The notes beneath the pieces were generated by a model. That model was not told the DNA's origin. It saw only the letters and a list, made by a program, of their open reading frames with translations, and ran no database searches. From the human T2T-CHM13v2.0 reference genome, Homo sapiens: a stretch of DNA of 64,000 nt. Made by a program: the position numbers and the translations under genes. This document shows positions 1 through 12,600 of this stretch, one piece after another. The first letter of the stretch is position 1, and every line of letters starts with the position of its first letter. The stretch is from the NCBI RefSeq assembly GCF_009914755.1, contig NC_060931.1. One strand, given 5' to 3'.

Positions 1-231
1 GGAAGACAATTTTTCCATGGACAGGAGCTGGTGGGGAATGGTTTCAGGATGAAATTGTTCCACCTCAGATCATCAGGCATTAGTTAGATTCTCATAAGAA
101 GCATGCAACCTAGATCCCTCTCACCTGTAGTTCACTATAGGGTTCATGCTCCTCTAAGAATCTAATGTGGCCTGGTTCCTAACAGGTCACAGACCTGTCC
201 TGGTCTGTGGCCCAAGGATTGGGGACCCCTG
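1..231 (+). mobile_element. MER1B-like DNA transposon (hAT-Charlie), cut by window edge
   Basis: GGAAGACAATTTTTCCATGGAC...CACCTCAGATCATCAGGCATTAGTTAGATTCTCATAAG... ending in terminal GGGGACCCCTG matches recalled MER1 consensus. Confidence 0.85.
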
Positions 232-668
232 TTTTATAGCAACAAATTAGATAGTGATTGTGTAGTACCGTAAATGAGTTATTAAGTTAGGAATTTCATT
301 CCTACTTAAAATGCATTCTTATTTTGTTGCATTTTTTAAACTTTTTCTTTCTTTGTAATATTATTTAATAAGATGAAGGTCCTCCAGCTTATACTTTGCA
401 TTTTTTTCACACCCAAAATGACAGATATAAATTGCTCTCACTCTTCCCATTGGGTTAACCACCCTCCAGCCCAGTTGACCTATTCATCTTCCCTATACTT
501 GCTCCTGCTTTCCTGCTTCTGCCACTTCCTCTTCTGCTTTTCTCACCTTCACTGTCACCTCACATCAAAGTATTCCTTCATGGCTCAGTGGAAACACATA
601 TATTTTGTGAAGCCCTCCCTGATCTCTCCATCTGGAAGGGAATATTCCTGTCTCATGAGTTTTTATTG

Positions 669-1290
669 CTGTATCGGGCAGAAAAACAGAATCCACACCA
701 GTTGTATTACAAGAGATAATTTATATTAGAAATTGTTTAAATACATGTGAAAAGGTTAAAGGGAAAGAGGAGAACCCTAAGGTTATGAAGAAATAGTAGT
801 TGCAAGAAGATATCACCTCTAGGACTGGGAGAACAGAAAGAAAAGATTGGGAGTATTAGAACCTACAATCTCTGAAGAAGGTTCCCGTGGAGCTGAGACC
901 CACACCTTTGGAGGGATATGTTCCCCTGTTAATGCCTCAGGAACTCAGAGACTCCTACAGAGTTGGGACTCACCACCCCAAAAAAGAGGCATCCCAGCTG
1001 GCTGGGGCTTGTTTCCACCTCTGGGATTGAGAGAAAAATGAACTATGGAGCTAATAGATGCTGTGAAGGTGACAAGCATGTGGTGATGCCGAGGTGAGGT
1101 TGATAGGAGCAGGAAGCCAAACGTTGAAATGGCAGATCCTTTCCCTTTCCTTCAGCCAAGTCCTCTCTTCATGAGATAAAACTAATCAAGAGTCAGAAGA
1201 AGAAGAAAGAGAAGGAGAAGGAGAAGGTCTGATAGCACAAAACAAAGTATAGGAGGGTAGATTTGACCCATGAGAGAATATGTAACCAGC
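669..1290. mobile_element. Probable old ERVL/MaLR-type LTR remnant
   Basis: TGTAT..GGGCAGAAAAACAGAATCCACACCAG start and purine-rich body resemble ancient LTRs; family not resolved. Confidence 0.3.
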
Positions 1291-2794
1291 ACCTTAGCAT
1301 TTTAATTATACCTCTTCTCAGCACTTTCTTTCTTCTGATGTAGTCTTCTGTATTATATTATCTCCCATCAGTCTCTAAGATCCTTGAAAATAATATCTTG
1401 GTAGGATTCATATTTTGATCTTCCAAATTTCAAGTAATACTGTTTAATAAGGGAATATATGAATTCCACCAAATTAAAGACTTTTCCTTTTCAATTACAA
1501 GTACTGAATGTTTTATTATAAAATAAGAGCATTAGAAAATTAGTTTTATTCTTTTATTCGGCACTGCAAATAATTTTCCTGGGATTTTATTATGTTTATT
1601 ACAATACACGTATCCAAACAAATACACGCCAAGAGAGTGTCCTTTTTAAAATGTATCTTTTATTATCTGTCCATATAATTACATGTATCCGTCCATATAA
1701 TTATACAGATATTGCTTCAATTTCTTGAAAGATTGTTGTTTCTTAGTCCAGTCTTACTTTTTTCTCCCTTTTCCAATAAAAGAAAGTGACAGCAGAATCA
1801 GAAAGACACCCTGATGGCTTTCTAAATCCGAATGAACTGAAGAAAGAGGCTTCATAGGCTAGGACATGAAAAATCTGGGGTTCACAATGAAGATCTTTAT
1901 GTTACTCACATCCAGAAATGACTTACTGGCAAAAGTCTGTGTATTTACTGCCGGACTCTCCAAGTGCTGAAAGTGGATCATATGGGGTTGGATTGGCCAA
2001 ACTCCGTTAATAAAAATTTCCTGAATTTAATTTGATAGAAAACGGGAAATCTACTGTTGACCCAGGATTGAATATCTACATATATGAAAATACAAATACA
2101 TAAACTCATGCAGGCTTTTGTATTATACTTCTGAGCTTTTTAATAGAGGGAACATGTTTTAATGCATAGAAATGTTTTACGATGAAATCTTTCTGTAACA
2201 ATTAATGTGAACAGGCTCTAGAGAAGTGTTGTGTAAAACTACATAAAATGGTGGACATCCTGAAGTTGTTCTGAAAAGAATTCAGCATTAAAATATATTG
2301 TCAAAATTTTATTTTCTCCAAAGGAAACTATTTGATCCAGTAAAATAATTTTATGTTCAGCATGTCAAGTTCTACTTTACAAAATAATGGTAAACTAGGA
2401 ATTGATTATTCATTTTACAAATTATTGACTATGCAATTACTTTTATTAAAGTAACCTCATTGTACATTTAAAAAGCAATTCCATTTACCAAAATTGGATT
2501 TGCACACAATTTTATAGTTAGTGATTTTTTTCTGTGAATTTATCTGTGTTGAGGGACAATCATAGTTAAAACTGATGAGAGTCAGACTTTGTTAATGATA
2601 TAGTCAGTATCATTTTTAGATAAAATGAGTAGTATTTTATTCTTAGTATATTGTTGAGTCAGAATCTTATATTCTATGACTATTTCTGTAACTGTTGTTC
2701 ACAAAAACTATACATAGCTAAAGTTCAAGTAATAATTAATATCAGTAAACTGTGAGATGTCAAAAAGTGATTAGTATTCGATTGCTACAATAAG

Positions 2795-3008
2795 GAGTGC
2801 AACATAATGGTGAAAAAGTATAGGATTTAGGTTAAAATGCAATCTTTTTCACTTACAAGCCATGTGACCTTAGAGAAATTAATTGATCTGAACCTCTCAG
2901 TGTACAAAGTAAGGAAACTAATATCCATCTCTTAAATTTGTTATGCAGATTAAAAATATTAGTAGACCAACTGCTTAGCACATTACTTCAATAAAGGGGA
3001 GCTATTTT
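2795..3008 (+). mobile_element. MIR SINE
   Basis: Core CACTTACAAGCCATGTGACCTTAGAGAAATTA..CTGAACCTC..GTTATGCAGATTAAA..GCTTAGCACA. Confidence 0.65.
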
Positions 3009-4059
3009 GAATTTTACCACTACTGCCAAATTTAACCATTTGTTTTCATCTATCTTCATTTTATAGGTATACATGCATAACTTATTAGGTTTTCATTTTA
3101 GGAGTGCACTTTGATATAAAACCTCCTAAATTTCATGCCAGTTGTCAATCTCCTACTATTCTCCTTACCTGAAAGCATGATGTGCTTGTCATGTAATACA
3201 TCGTTTGAATTTTACACTGGCATGTACCAGATGTCTTCTTAGAACACATAAGCATGCATTTTCTTCTCTGCATTCCCTACAGTTACCCTTTCTGGGCCAC
3301 AGTACTTTCAGATATTTGTTGATAATGTGTTCTTTGCGATCCTCATGGCCCAAGATTATACAGTTATTCATACCTGAAGAAAGAGTTGTTAAATAGGGAT
3401 CTGTGGCCATATCTCTACACAAAGTGAACATCGGGTCTGGGGAATTAAAAAATGAACAGGAAAGCACACTTGTGGCATTGTACTAGACCCTTTACACATA
3501 TTATCTTATGATCAGAATGTATTATTATTCTGCTATACATTTTTCTAAGGCAAATCTATTCTATTATTTCCATCCAGAGATGTTTTCCCAGTAAAGGAGA
3601 TTTGACTGACTATATAGTGTTAAGTCACAATAATTTTTATAATGGAAATCTTTTTAAAAATTTGAGACATTGTGGTAAATATTCACAACTTAAACATAAA
3701 GTTACCTAAAAAATGAAGCAAATAGCTTAGGTATGAAACAAAAGATGTTAAATCAACAAGTTCTTGCAATTTCTCCCATGAATTATCTGGAAAATTATGA
3801 TGATTCTTCATTTGGTAGATTTTTCCTAAAATTATCAGTACACTAAATCATCAGCTAGAATGAGATTCAAGAATAAAGTTAGGTGTACAGTTTATATTCA
3901 TTTATTTTATAAACACGTTGATATGAAGTTAAAAAGCAATGTTAGAACGAATCTAAATTTCATTATAGCTGCTCTATAGGTGAGAAATGTGGAATATAAG
4001 CTAAAGAAATAGCAATTGAAGAACTGAAACAATAGTTTGTTTCAACATGATCACTTTTT

Positions 4060-5005
4060 GCCATAGGTTTACCAAAATGTCCTCACTTTAATACCCGGAA
4101 CTTGTGGTTATATTGGATATGTCCTTTACATGACAAAAGGGACTTTGCCGACGTGAAAAAGATTAGGGAGCTTAAATTAGGGATGTTATCATGATTTATA
4201 CAGGTAGACCCAATATAATCACATGAGCTTTCAAAAGCAGAGACCTTTCTATGAAGAAGAGAGGAAACAGAGAGAAAGTATGTCAGATTTGAAGCATACG
4301 GAGGCCTAGACATGTTGTTGCTGGTTTGCAAATGGAGGGGCAATGTGATACAGAATATGGTGGCCTTGGCAGTACGTGGTGGTTCCCGCCTGTAATTTCA
4401 GCACTTTGGGGGCCAAGGCAGGAAGATCACTTCGGATCAGGAGTTCGAGATCAGACTAGTCAACGTGGTGAAAACCCTTCTCTACTAACAATACAAAAAA
4501 CAACAACAAAAACTTAGCCAGGCCTGGTGGTGGATACCTGTAATCATAGCTACTTGGAGGCTGAGGTAGGAGAATCGCTTGAACCCACGAGACTGAGGCT
4601 GAGGTTGCAGTGAGCTGAGATCACACCACTGCACTCCAGCCTGGATGACTGAGTGAGACTTTTCTCAAAAAACAAAAACAAAAACAAAACCTGCCTCTAA
4701 GTAGCTGAAGAGCAGCTGCCGGTAGCTGACAGCCAGCAAGGAAACAGGGACCTCATCTCTACCACAGTGAACTAAATTCTGCCCACAACCTGTCTGAGCT
4801 TGGGAGCAGATTCTTCTCTAGCATCACACCTCATAATTCCACAGAGTCCAGGCTAACACCTTGGTTTCAGCTTTATGAGAACAGGAGCAGAAGAACTATC
4901 TGATCCCACCTGTGCTTCTGACCTAGAGAACAGTGAGATAATAAATTGTCTTTTAAGCCACTGACTTTGTGATAATTTGTTATGTCAGCAGTAGAAAACT
5001 AATTA
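4060..5005 (+). mobile_element. MLT1D/E-type MaLR solo LTR interrupted by an Alu
   Basis: CAAAAGGGACTTTGCCGACGTG..CCCAATATAATCACATGAG..ACAGCCAGCAAGGAAACAGGGACCTC..TTTAAGCCACT..GTGATAATTTGTTATGTCAGCAGTAGAAAACTAAT. Confidence 0.8.
4368..4690 (+). mobile_element. AluS-type SINE
   Basis: Dimeric Alu with A-rich linker and (CAAAA)n tail, nested in the MLT1 LTR. Confidence 0.93.
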
Positions 5006-6079
5006 TATATATTTCCCCAATTCTCTTTCATATGAAAGTGTTATTTCATTAATATAGCCACCATAATTTAATGGATATTTTCCAATAGGCAAAACTTTCA
5101 AAACAAAATGAAATCTATTTTTATGTACTTGGGGTTTTTACACTCGAGCCTGATCCATTTGCTTCATATTTATTTAACATAGTTCCTAAAATTCTTACGT
5201 GATTGAAGCTAATGTAATATTTATGCAATCAAAGTTAATATTAAGACATATAATGATTTTGTCAGGTAAGCCATGAATATAAATTACAAATTATCCTAAT
5301 TATTAAATATCATAATATTTGCATGAAGAAAATATTTTTTCAAAAGTAATGATTGCTGTCATTAATTTGGTGAGTATACTTTCACAATGAATATATTAAC
5401 AATAGTTCTTTATGATAAATAAGTAATACTAGCCATATAACACTGAGATAAAAATATTTACATCATGAAAGGAAAGCACTTGTTTACATGATATTGTCTA
5501 CCATTTATGTGTAATATTTATGTATAAGTAGCAGTGGATAAGGTATTTAAAGAATATTGTAATTTCAGTAATTCTATTTGTGATAATCTATTTTTATGAA
5601 ATACTCCTAAATATAAAAAAAGTTACACATAAGAAAAAATAAAAAAAGTTACACGTAAGAATACCTTTTACTTTGATATGTCGATATTCATTGACTTCTG
5701 CACAAAGTGAGAGAAAACTATCTCACTGTATCTATATGTATGAGAATAGAAGTCTTCATTTTAAAAATGTTTCCTGAATGGGATAGAGAGATAAAGAGAG
5801 TCCTTGACTTTGAGCAGGTTAGAGGAAATACACATGAGAAATGGTGAATAAAAGGAAAAGAAATAGCAATGGAAAGAAATAAAAAGAGTATATGAGCTCA
5901 GGGACGCTCCTGAAGAAGAATAGAGAATATATAATAGAGGCAAATGGATACACCTGAGTGAAGAAGTGTGATAGTAAGCAGATTATGAGACATGAGGCAA
6001 AAGTTGACAATAAGTTGCTAGTAAATGAAAGAAAAGATGAAATAGAGACAGACAGACGAGAGACACAAAGGTTTGCATG

Positions 6080-6420
6080 TGTGCATTAGCTAAGGTAATC
6101 CTAGCTGTTATTACAAATAATTTCCACATTTTTAATGGATGAACCCATTAGTTTCTTTAGACCTGATGTGTCAAGGTGAGTGGCTTTCTTCCATGTAGTG
6201 ATTCAAGAACCCAGATCTCATTCATCTTGTGGTTCTACCAAACTCTGCATTGTCTCTAATGAGACAAAAGAGAATGGAGAAAGTATACTCACTTAGTAAG
6301 CAATCTGTACATATGCCCTTGGTGGAAAATAGTAACAGGACCAACCCTGGATGCAAGATAGAGTAGGAATTGTTGTCTGTAAAGTACACTTTAGAAAGAG
6401 AGTCATTAAAGGACAGTAGT
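6080..6420. mobile_element. Old MLT1 (J/K/L-type) LTR fragment
   Basis: CTAGCTGTTATTACAAATAA..CCATGTAGTGATTCAAGAACCCAGA..TTCATCTTGTGGTTCTACCA. Confidence 0.5.
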
Positions 6421-6899
6421 TTTCTGCAGATTAAGCCCTGTTAAAATCATATTGCTGTACATGAAAGCAAAACCTATAGTCTTAGCACCACAGCATAAAA
6501 ATACTATAAATGTAGTGAGAGGAAAATAAATATATTCTAATTTAAAATAACCTTAAAATGTATAATATTCAGTTTCAAGGAATCATAAAACCTAACAACT
6601 TTGTTTTCAGACTGCAATGTAAGATGTCCAATTTTTAAAAAAAAAATTATTTTAGGGTTATATTACAAATGTTTTTATTTTTCAAGTATGCCTCTCATTC
6701 CGAAAATGCATCTTTTACCTGTGTCAGATTTATTTTGTGAGCCTAATCAAATTTTATGGGATATTTTATTCTTCCTTGGGCCTTCAAATTTTAATGCATT
6801 ATTTTTGATTAAATATTCAGTATATTTAAGTCTACATATTAAGTCACATTCAGCAAAGGTGTCGATAAACTTGAATTTTTAAATACAGTCAACTGTCAT

Positions 6900-7040
6900 T
6901 TTGAGGTGTTCATTTCTCAGTCTCTAAATTGAGCGTAATAATATATGTCCCCTTACCTCATAGTGCTGTTGTGAGATTCAAATGAAGAAAATATAGGAAA
7001 GATATTAGAACATAAAAACTACTTTATAAATGTAACTATT
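6900..7040 (+). mobile_element. MIR fragment
   Basis: TTTCTCAGTCTCTAAATTGAGCGTAATAATA..CTTACCTCATAGTGCTGTTGTGAGATTCAAATGA. Confidence 0.6.
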
Positions 7041-8900
7041 TTTCTCTTTCAATATGTTCCATCTATAATATATATGTGAGTGTGTATATAGTTTGTATAC
7101 ATGCATACACATGTATAAACACACGTATACTTGAAGTGTACTTGTAGTGTTATAGCAAAACACAGAAAAATAATCTATTGGGTAGGTTGGGAGAAAACTC
7201 TGTGTTTTTGTACTGGGAGTTGTGACATTTCTGGATCCTGTATCATCAGCTATTCAGTTGCCTGAAGGCAAACTCTGCACCCAGTGATCTCTCAGGTTGC
7301 TGTCCAACTCTATTACTCTCTGAACAAATAAAGTCATAATGATATGGAATTGCATTTCACACACATTTGCAACAACTCACCCTTTCTAGTCTCAGCTTCC
7401 AATCTGACTTTTTGTGGCTTCAGCTCTGGGCCTCCCTTTATGGTTTTCTCCACCACTCTTCCTAATCACCCTCTCCTGTAACTCCATTTGTCCCTTTTGT
7501 CCTCATCCTGTTGGCAGGAAGTGAAATTATTTTCTGCTGCAGTCCTGTATGTTAGCTTTCATTTGAGCCTTTTAGAAAAGGTCTTGTGTAAGCACGATTC
7601 AAAAATCAAGGTAATCTACCCAGTTGGACACAAAGTACAGTATTAGAAAACAATGCACAAAGACTGACTTCTCAACCAAGGACTTATGGCGTGACCCTGA
7701 GTGAATGATTTAATCTCCTCAGGCTTTTGCTAAGGGAATTACTTTAGTTACTCCTTCCAAGATAGAGATATTTAAAGATCAATGGGATATGTAAAGTGGC
7801 CTTTGGAAGAAAGCAGAGGGGTAAACAAGACTTCTCACATCCTCTCTTTTCTTTTACAAATGAGCACTCTCTTGTGCTTTGTTATGATTACCATGTAAGT
7901 TGTTCACTTTCAAACACTGTTACAAATCCTCAGAAAAGTAATTGTTCAGCAAAAGTTATAATAACAATCCTGAGAATCATTCCTGATAGCCCAGAAAGTG
8001 TAAATAAAAGTCACGAATATTCAGATTCTTTATATTCTAAATCTCCAATTTGATAGAGCTACTTTATGACATTAGACAAATCATATCACTGCCAAGTCCT
8101 AGGTTCTATGTTTCTGAAATGTGGTAAATTTAGTGCTGGTTTCATGAATAATAAAGTGAATCTCTGTAAAGTGCTCACTTTATGGAAATACTAAATAATA
8201 AAGGGATTCCTTGCATTCTGTCAATTTTCAGTAATGCCTTTGCCTTCGTTACTTAGACATACCTGTCTTTTGATTCCTATTCTCAATTTGTAGTATTTTT
8301 TACTAGACTGGGCAATTGAAGCAACCAGAGATAGAAGACACAGAGCCCATGTAGGTGAACGATACAGATGAGGTGGGCAAGTGTTTCCAGTTAATCAAAT
8401 TTTGCAGTTTTAAATATTTGTAGAAGGTTACCACCTGTTCTTAAAGTGAGCCCATCCCATTTCAGAGTGGTAAACCATTCTGTGATTGTGTTGTTTCCGC
8501 TATCCATGTTTAGACACTAACTTCATTTCCTAGAAGCTAAATGCTTTAACATTAACACTTAGTAGCCTAACTGTGCTAGTTTTCCCTCCACAAAAATAAT
8601 TTTATGCAAAAATACATGGAAACAAAATTCTGCACGTGTTTTTAATAATAAAACAGATTTCCAGATAATTCAGAAAAAAAGTAATTTCATTAAAATAATA
8701 AACTTTAAAATACTAATATAATATTTTATATTTAGTAGTTTATATATATTTAGGTAGTTTTTTAAATGGACTAAGTCATCCATTTAGGTTTAATATAATT
8801 TTTTAGAGTTGACATGATTTTTATATCACAAGTTTAACATTTTGAAACAACTCAGTGAGAAGTGGAAAAAAATTGCTATTCTCGATAAGCCAAAAAAAAA

Positions 8901-9021
8901 CATACACACACACACACGTACACACATATATGCACATATACACATATATAGTATGTATATACAATACATACATATTATATATTGTCCACATATATTTATA
9001 CACAGATATACACACACACAC

Positions 9022-9070
<49 letters not shown>

Positions 9071-9160
9071 CTTTGGCCTATCAAGAATAACAATTTGTTA
9101 TATATGTGTGTATATGTATTTTAAAATTTATTTATATATATATATTCAGCAACATATATA
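8901..9160. repeat. Compound (CA)n/(TA)n/(TG)n microsatellite; pure (TG)~20 at about 9026-9066
   Basis: Directly visible. Confidence 0.95.
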
Positions 9161-9272
9161 TGGAGTAAAATGTAAAAAAGTATAGAATGTTCAAGAAAAA
9201 AATTGTTAAAAATCAATATTTTTTCACATATAAAAATTAGAGATTCAGCAATGTCTAAAAAGGTCAAAATTA

Positions 9273-9569
9273 GGCTGGGCATGGTGGCTCAGGCCTGTAA
9301 TCCCAGCACTTTGGGAGGCCAAGTTGGGCAGATCACCTGAGATCAGGAGTTGGAGACCGGACTGTGCAACATGGTGAAACCCCATCTCTCCTAATATACA
9401 AAAATTAGTTGGGCGTGGTGGGATGTGCCTGTAATCTCAGCTACTCAGCAGGCTGAGGCAGAAGAATCGCCGGAACCCGGGAGGTGGAGGCTGCAGTGAG
9501 CCAAGATCACACCACTGCACTCCAGACTGGGCGACAGAGCAAGACTCCGTCAAAAAAAAAAGAAAAAAA
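9273..9569 (+). mobile_element. AluS-type SINE
   Basis: Full dimer; degenerate TSD AAAAAGGTCAAAATT / AAAAAGCCAAAATT. Confidence 0.95.
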
Positions 9570-9631
9570 GCCAAAATTGAGGAGAACAACTAAAGATGTA
9601 TACTAAGAATAATAAGGTAAGGAGCTAAAGA

Positions 9632-9693
9632 TAGGAGTAGAGTCTGATAGCAAAATAAAATGTAGGAGTAGAGTCTGATAGCAAAATAAATTG
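9632..9693. repeat. 31-bp tandem duplication
   Basis: TAGGAGTAGAGTCTGATAGCAAAATAAAATG followed by a copy with 1 mismatch. Confidence 0.95.
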
Positions 9694-12600
9694 TATAACT
9701 ATTACTTTGCTTTTAAAAGTTTTTGTTTCGATTCCATGCTAACTTTTAAAATATATTTTTAAAGGCTTTTTCTTTGATATTTAGTCTTCAGACAGTATTA
9801 ATATGACTATAGCCATTATTTGTTTAAAATGTAATTTCATTTTCCATAATTACCATTGTAACTATTGTGCTTTTACCTTAGAGTCATCTTAATTCACAAT
9901 AATGACAGAAAGATAATTGCTGAATTTTGAAAATTACTAAGTATCTGAACAAATATAATAAAGGTCATTGATATTTTAGCTCAGGATATACTTTATTCAC
10001 TCATTTTGGCAATTTTAAGTTAGCTTTTAATTATTCTAACACTTGGATTAGTCAATACCCTAATGCACATTCTATGAAGCTTAAAATACTCACAAGAGAT
10101 ACTTTCTTGCCAACAAATTGTTTGGGTTAGCTAACTTAGGATACCAAACATCTCAAAGGAAAATTAATAAAATCTGCTTTCTTGGGAATGTGTTCAACGT
10201 CGGGATAGGAAAGATATTTTACACCACGTCTGGCTCTGAGGACCTCACACTCTTGTTTTACTTGGAACTCATATTTCCTTTTAATACTTATAGATCTCTA
10301 TTTATTCCCAATTCAGACTTTGCATCTTTAGTCATTCTGAATTAGTGAGTTATTATTATGGTTTATCTTGAACTATATTTTAGCCTAAATAACTTCTGCC
10401 TCATGTTGGTTCCTGCCAGTGTTCCTATCATTGTTTTAGATAAAATAAAATAAATTCCCAGGCTCTGTGATGCCTACTAACTCTTTCCCCAAATGTTTGT
10501 TTGCTATTGTGTTCAAATTCAAGTTGCCAATCACTTGAACATTCTTAGATATTATAATTATAAACTATTCTTTGGAGAAGAGGCTTTAATGTTTGGAGCT
10601 GACAATGGAAATTGAGATGTTTACATTCTAAGCCTAAGTCATGAAGTATACCAGGGCATGCAACTTACCCGCTTTGAACCTCCCTAGTTATAAATAGTTC
10701 TGAATTCTTACCTTATTTTCTGGAAATGTTCTTAATTTATTTCAGAAAACCTACTTGTATTCAGAATGCTATGGCTGTGTAGTTTTAAATCAGCATAATA
10801 GAAGCTGGTGTAAGTGAAATAAATTCAAAATTCCTGCTTACAATTCTGAGGGCACAATTAAGTAGCTGGCAGGAAATCCCAGTCTTTTCCCCAGGTGGCC
10901 ACAGACTTGGTGAATTCATGCCTTTGCAAGATTTGAACTGACTCACAAATCTCTCTATCCTTCATATAATTCTCCAACAATAACTTTATACAAGCTTTTG
11001 CTTGCTAAGGCAAGTGAACACAATGTGCCTAGCGTAAAGCCATTTATCCATTCAATAATCATTTACTAAATGAATTAATGGAAGAAGTAAACCTGTAATA
11101 AATGCCCAGTTGACCCACACCACCTCAGTGAAGTCAAACTGAGACTTCTTATGTTTGTTTTTAGGTACACAACCCTGTCCAAATTCTCCTTTAGAAATAT
11201 TTTCAATTTCCTTATGTTAATAACATCATTGTAACCTAATGGTGTTATATGTGTCAGTACTGTGGATTCTGGCCAAGCATGTTTGGTTACTGTTCTCCAT
11301 CTTTCCTTCCCTCTTTACAAGTGATAATCACCACCTACAAGCATGGGATTTTCCACACTCGCCAAAACTTTTCCCACAGTATAACATAAGTCACTCCCTT
11401 TTATCTTGACCCAATGCCCTCTCCCCAGGTCAGGTTCTTTAGTATGCTGACATAAGACTGTGAACTATATATTCTGTTTTATGAATTTTCATGTACAATT
11501 CACCAGACATCACTTTCTGAATCTGATTTGATTCATAATTCAACTGATCTATTTTGATTTTGCATTTTAGAAAAACAGCAGAGTGTAGAAGGAGAAATGG
11601 ATCTTAAATCAAAGGGTTTCAGATGAATCTCAACTAGGAAATTCATGTGGCTTTGGAGAAAAATAATTCCATTAAACTCTCCTAAATTTGACTCCTAATA
11701 TACAGAAGAAAAATTACACATGAAGTTAAAAAAGTAAGGATATAAGCTTTATCTTATAATGACCTACTTAAGGAAATTTCTTATGATCTTCTTTTGTTCT
11801 GATTGTACCCAACAAAAGACTCCAAATATAATGATCAGTATCCCATGCACTCCAAAGGAGACAGATGGAATTATTTTGAGAAACTTCACAAGAAGGAACC
11901 TGATATTCTGTTGATTTATTTTTTAACATATTATGTTGCCAATAAACAATAAAAACAACTAAGAAATGTAGCCTTGCAGGGAGGAATGATTTAATTTCAT
12001 TATTAAATGCCAAGTTTTGATAATTATTCAATGTGGAAAAATGTTTATCTACATATATAATTGTTTTACATAAGTTTTAAATGCTATGATACTCACACTG
12101 GACACAGTTCTATTTTTCAATATAGAGAACTCTGATTTTTTTCAATCTTTCTATTTCTATTGACATGTCATTAATTTTCAGAAGGAAAATAAGCTGAACT
12201 AAATAACTATCTGGAATCCATTTTGATAAGGTAATATGACTTCCTTATAACTGGAATGACATAAAATATTTGACTTTAATTCAATAATCACAACAATGGA
12301 TCATTTTAACTTTCATAACCAATAGAGCTCATGATAATATATTGAAGTACATCAGATTCATTGAGTAATTATGATGGCACTTTATCAGATCTGCACAATG
12401 TACTGGCGGAGGAGTCACATCAATATATTTACCCTAACATATATCGTTACACAGTATATAATAAATTTTCTATCTTATGGTGTTCTGGGAACTGAGGGAA
12501 ATGATTCAATTAGCAAGAACACGTGAACTGGGGGAAATTAAATCAACTTTAATAAAAACATCTATAAAACATGTTGCAAGCTAAGTATAGTGGTCATTAG

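Noticed and set aside
8821-9185. Five overlapping ORFs rich in HT/CV repeats
   Set aside because: Artefacts of CA/TG microsatellites, which lack stop codons.
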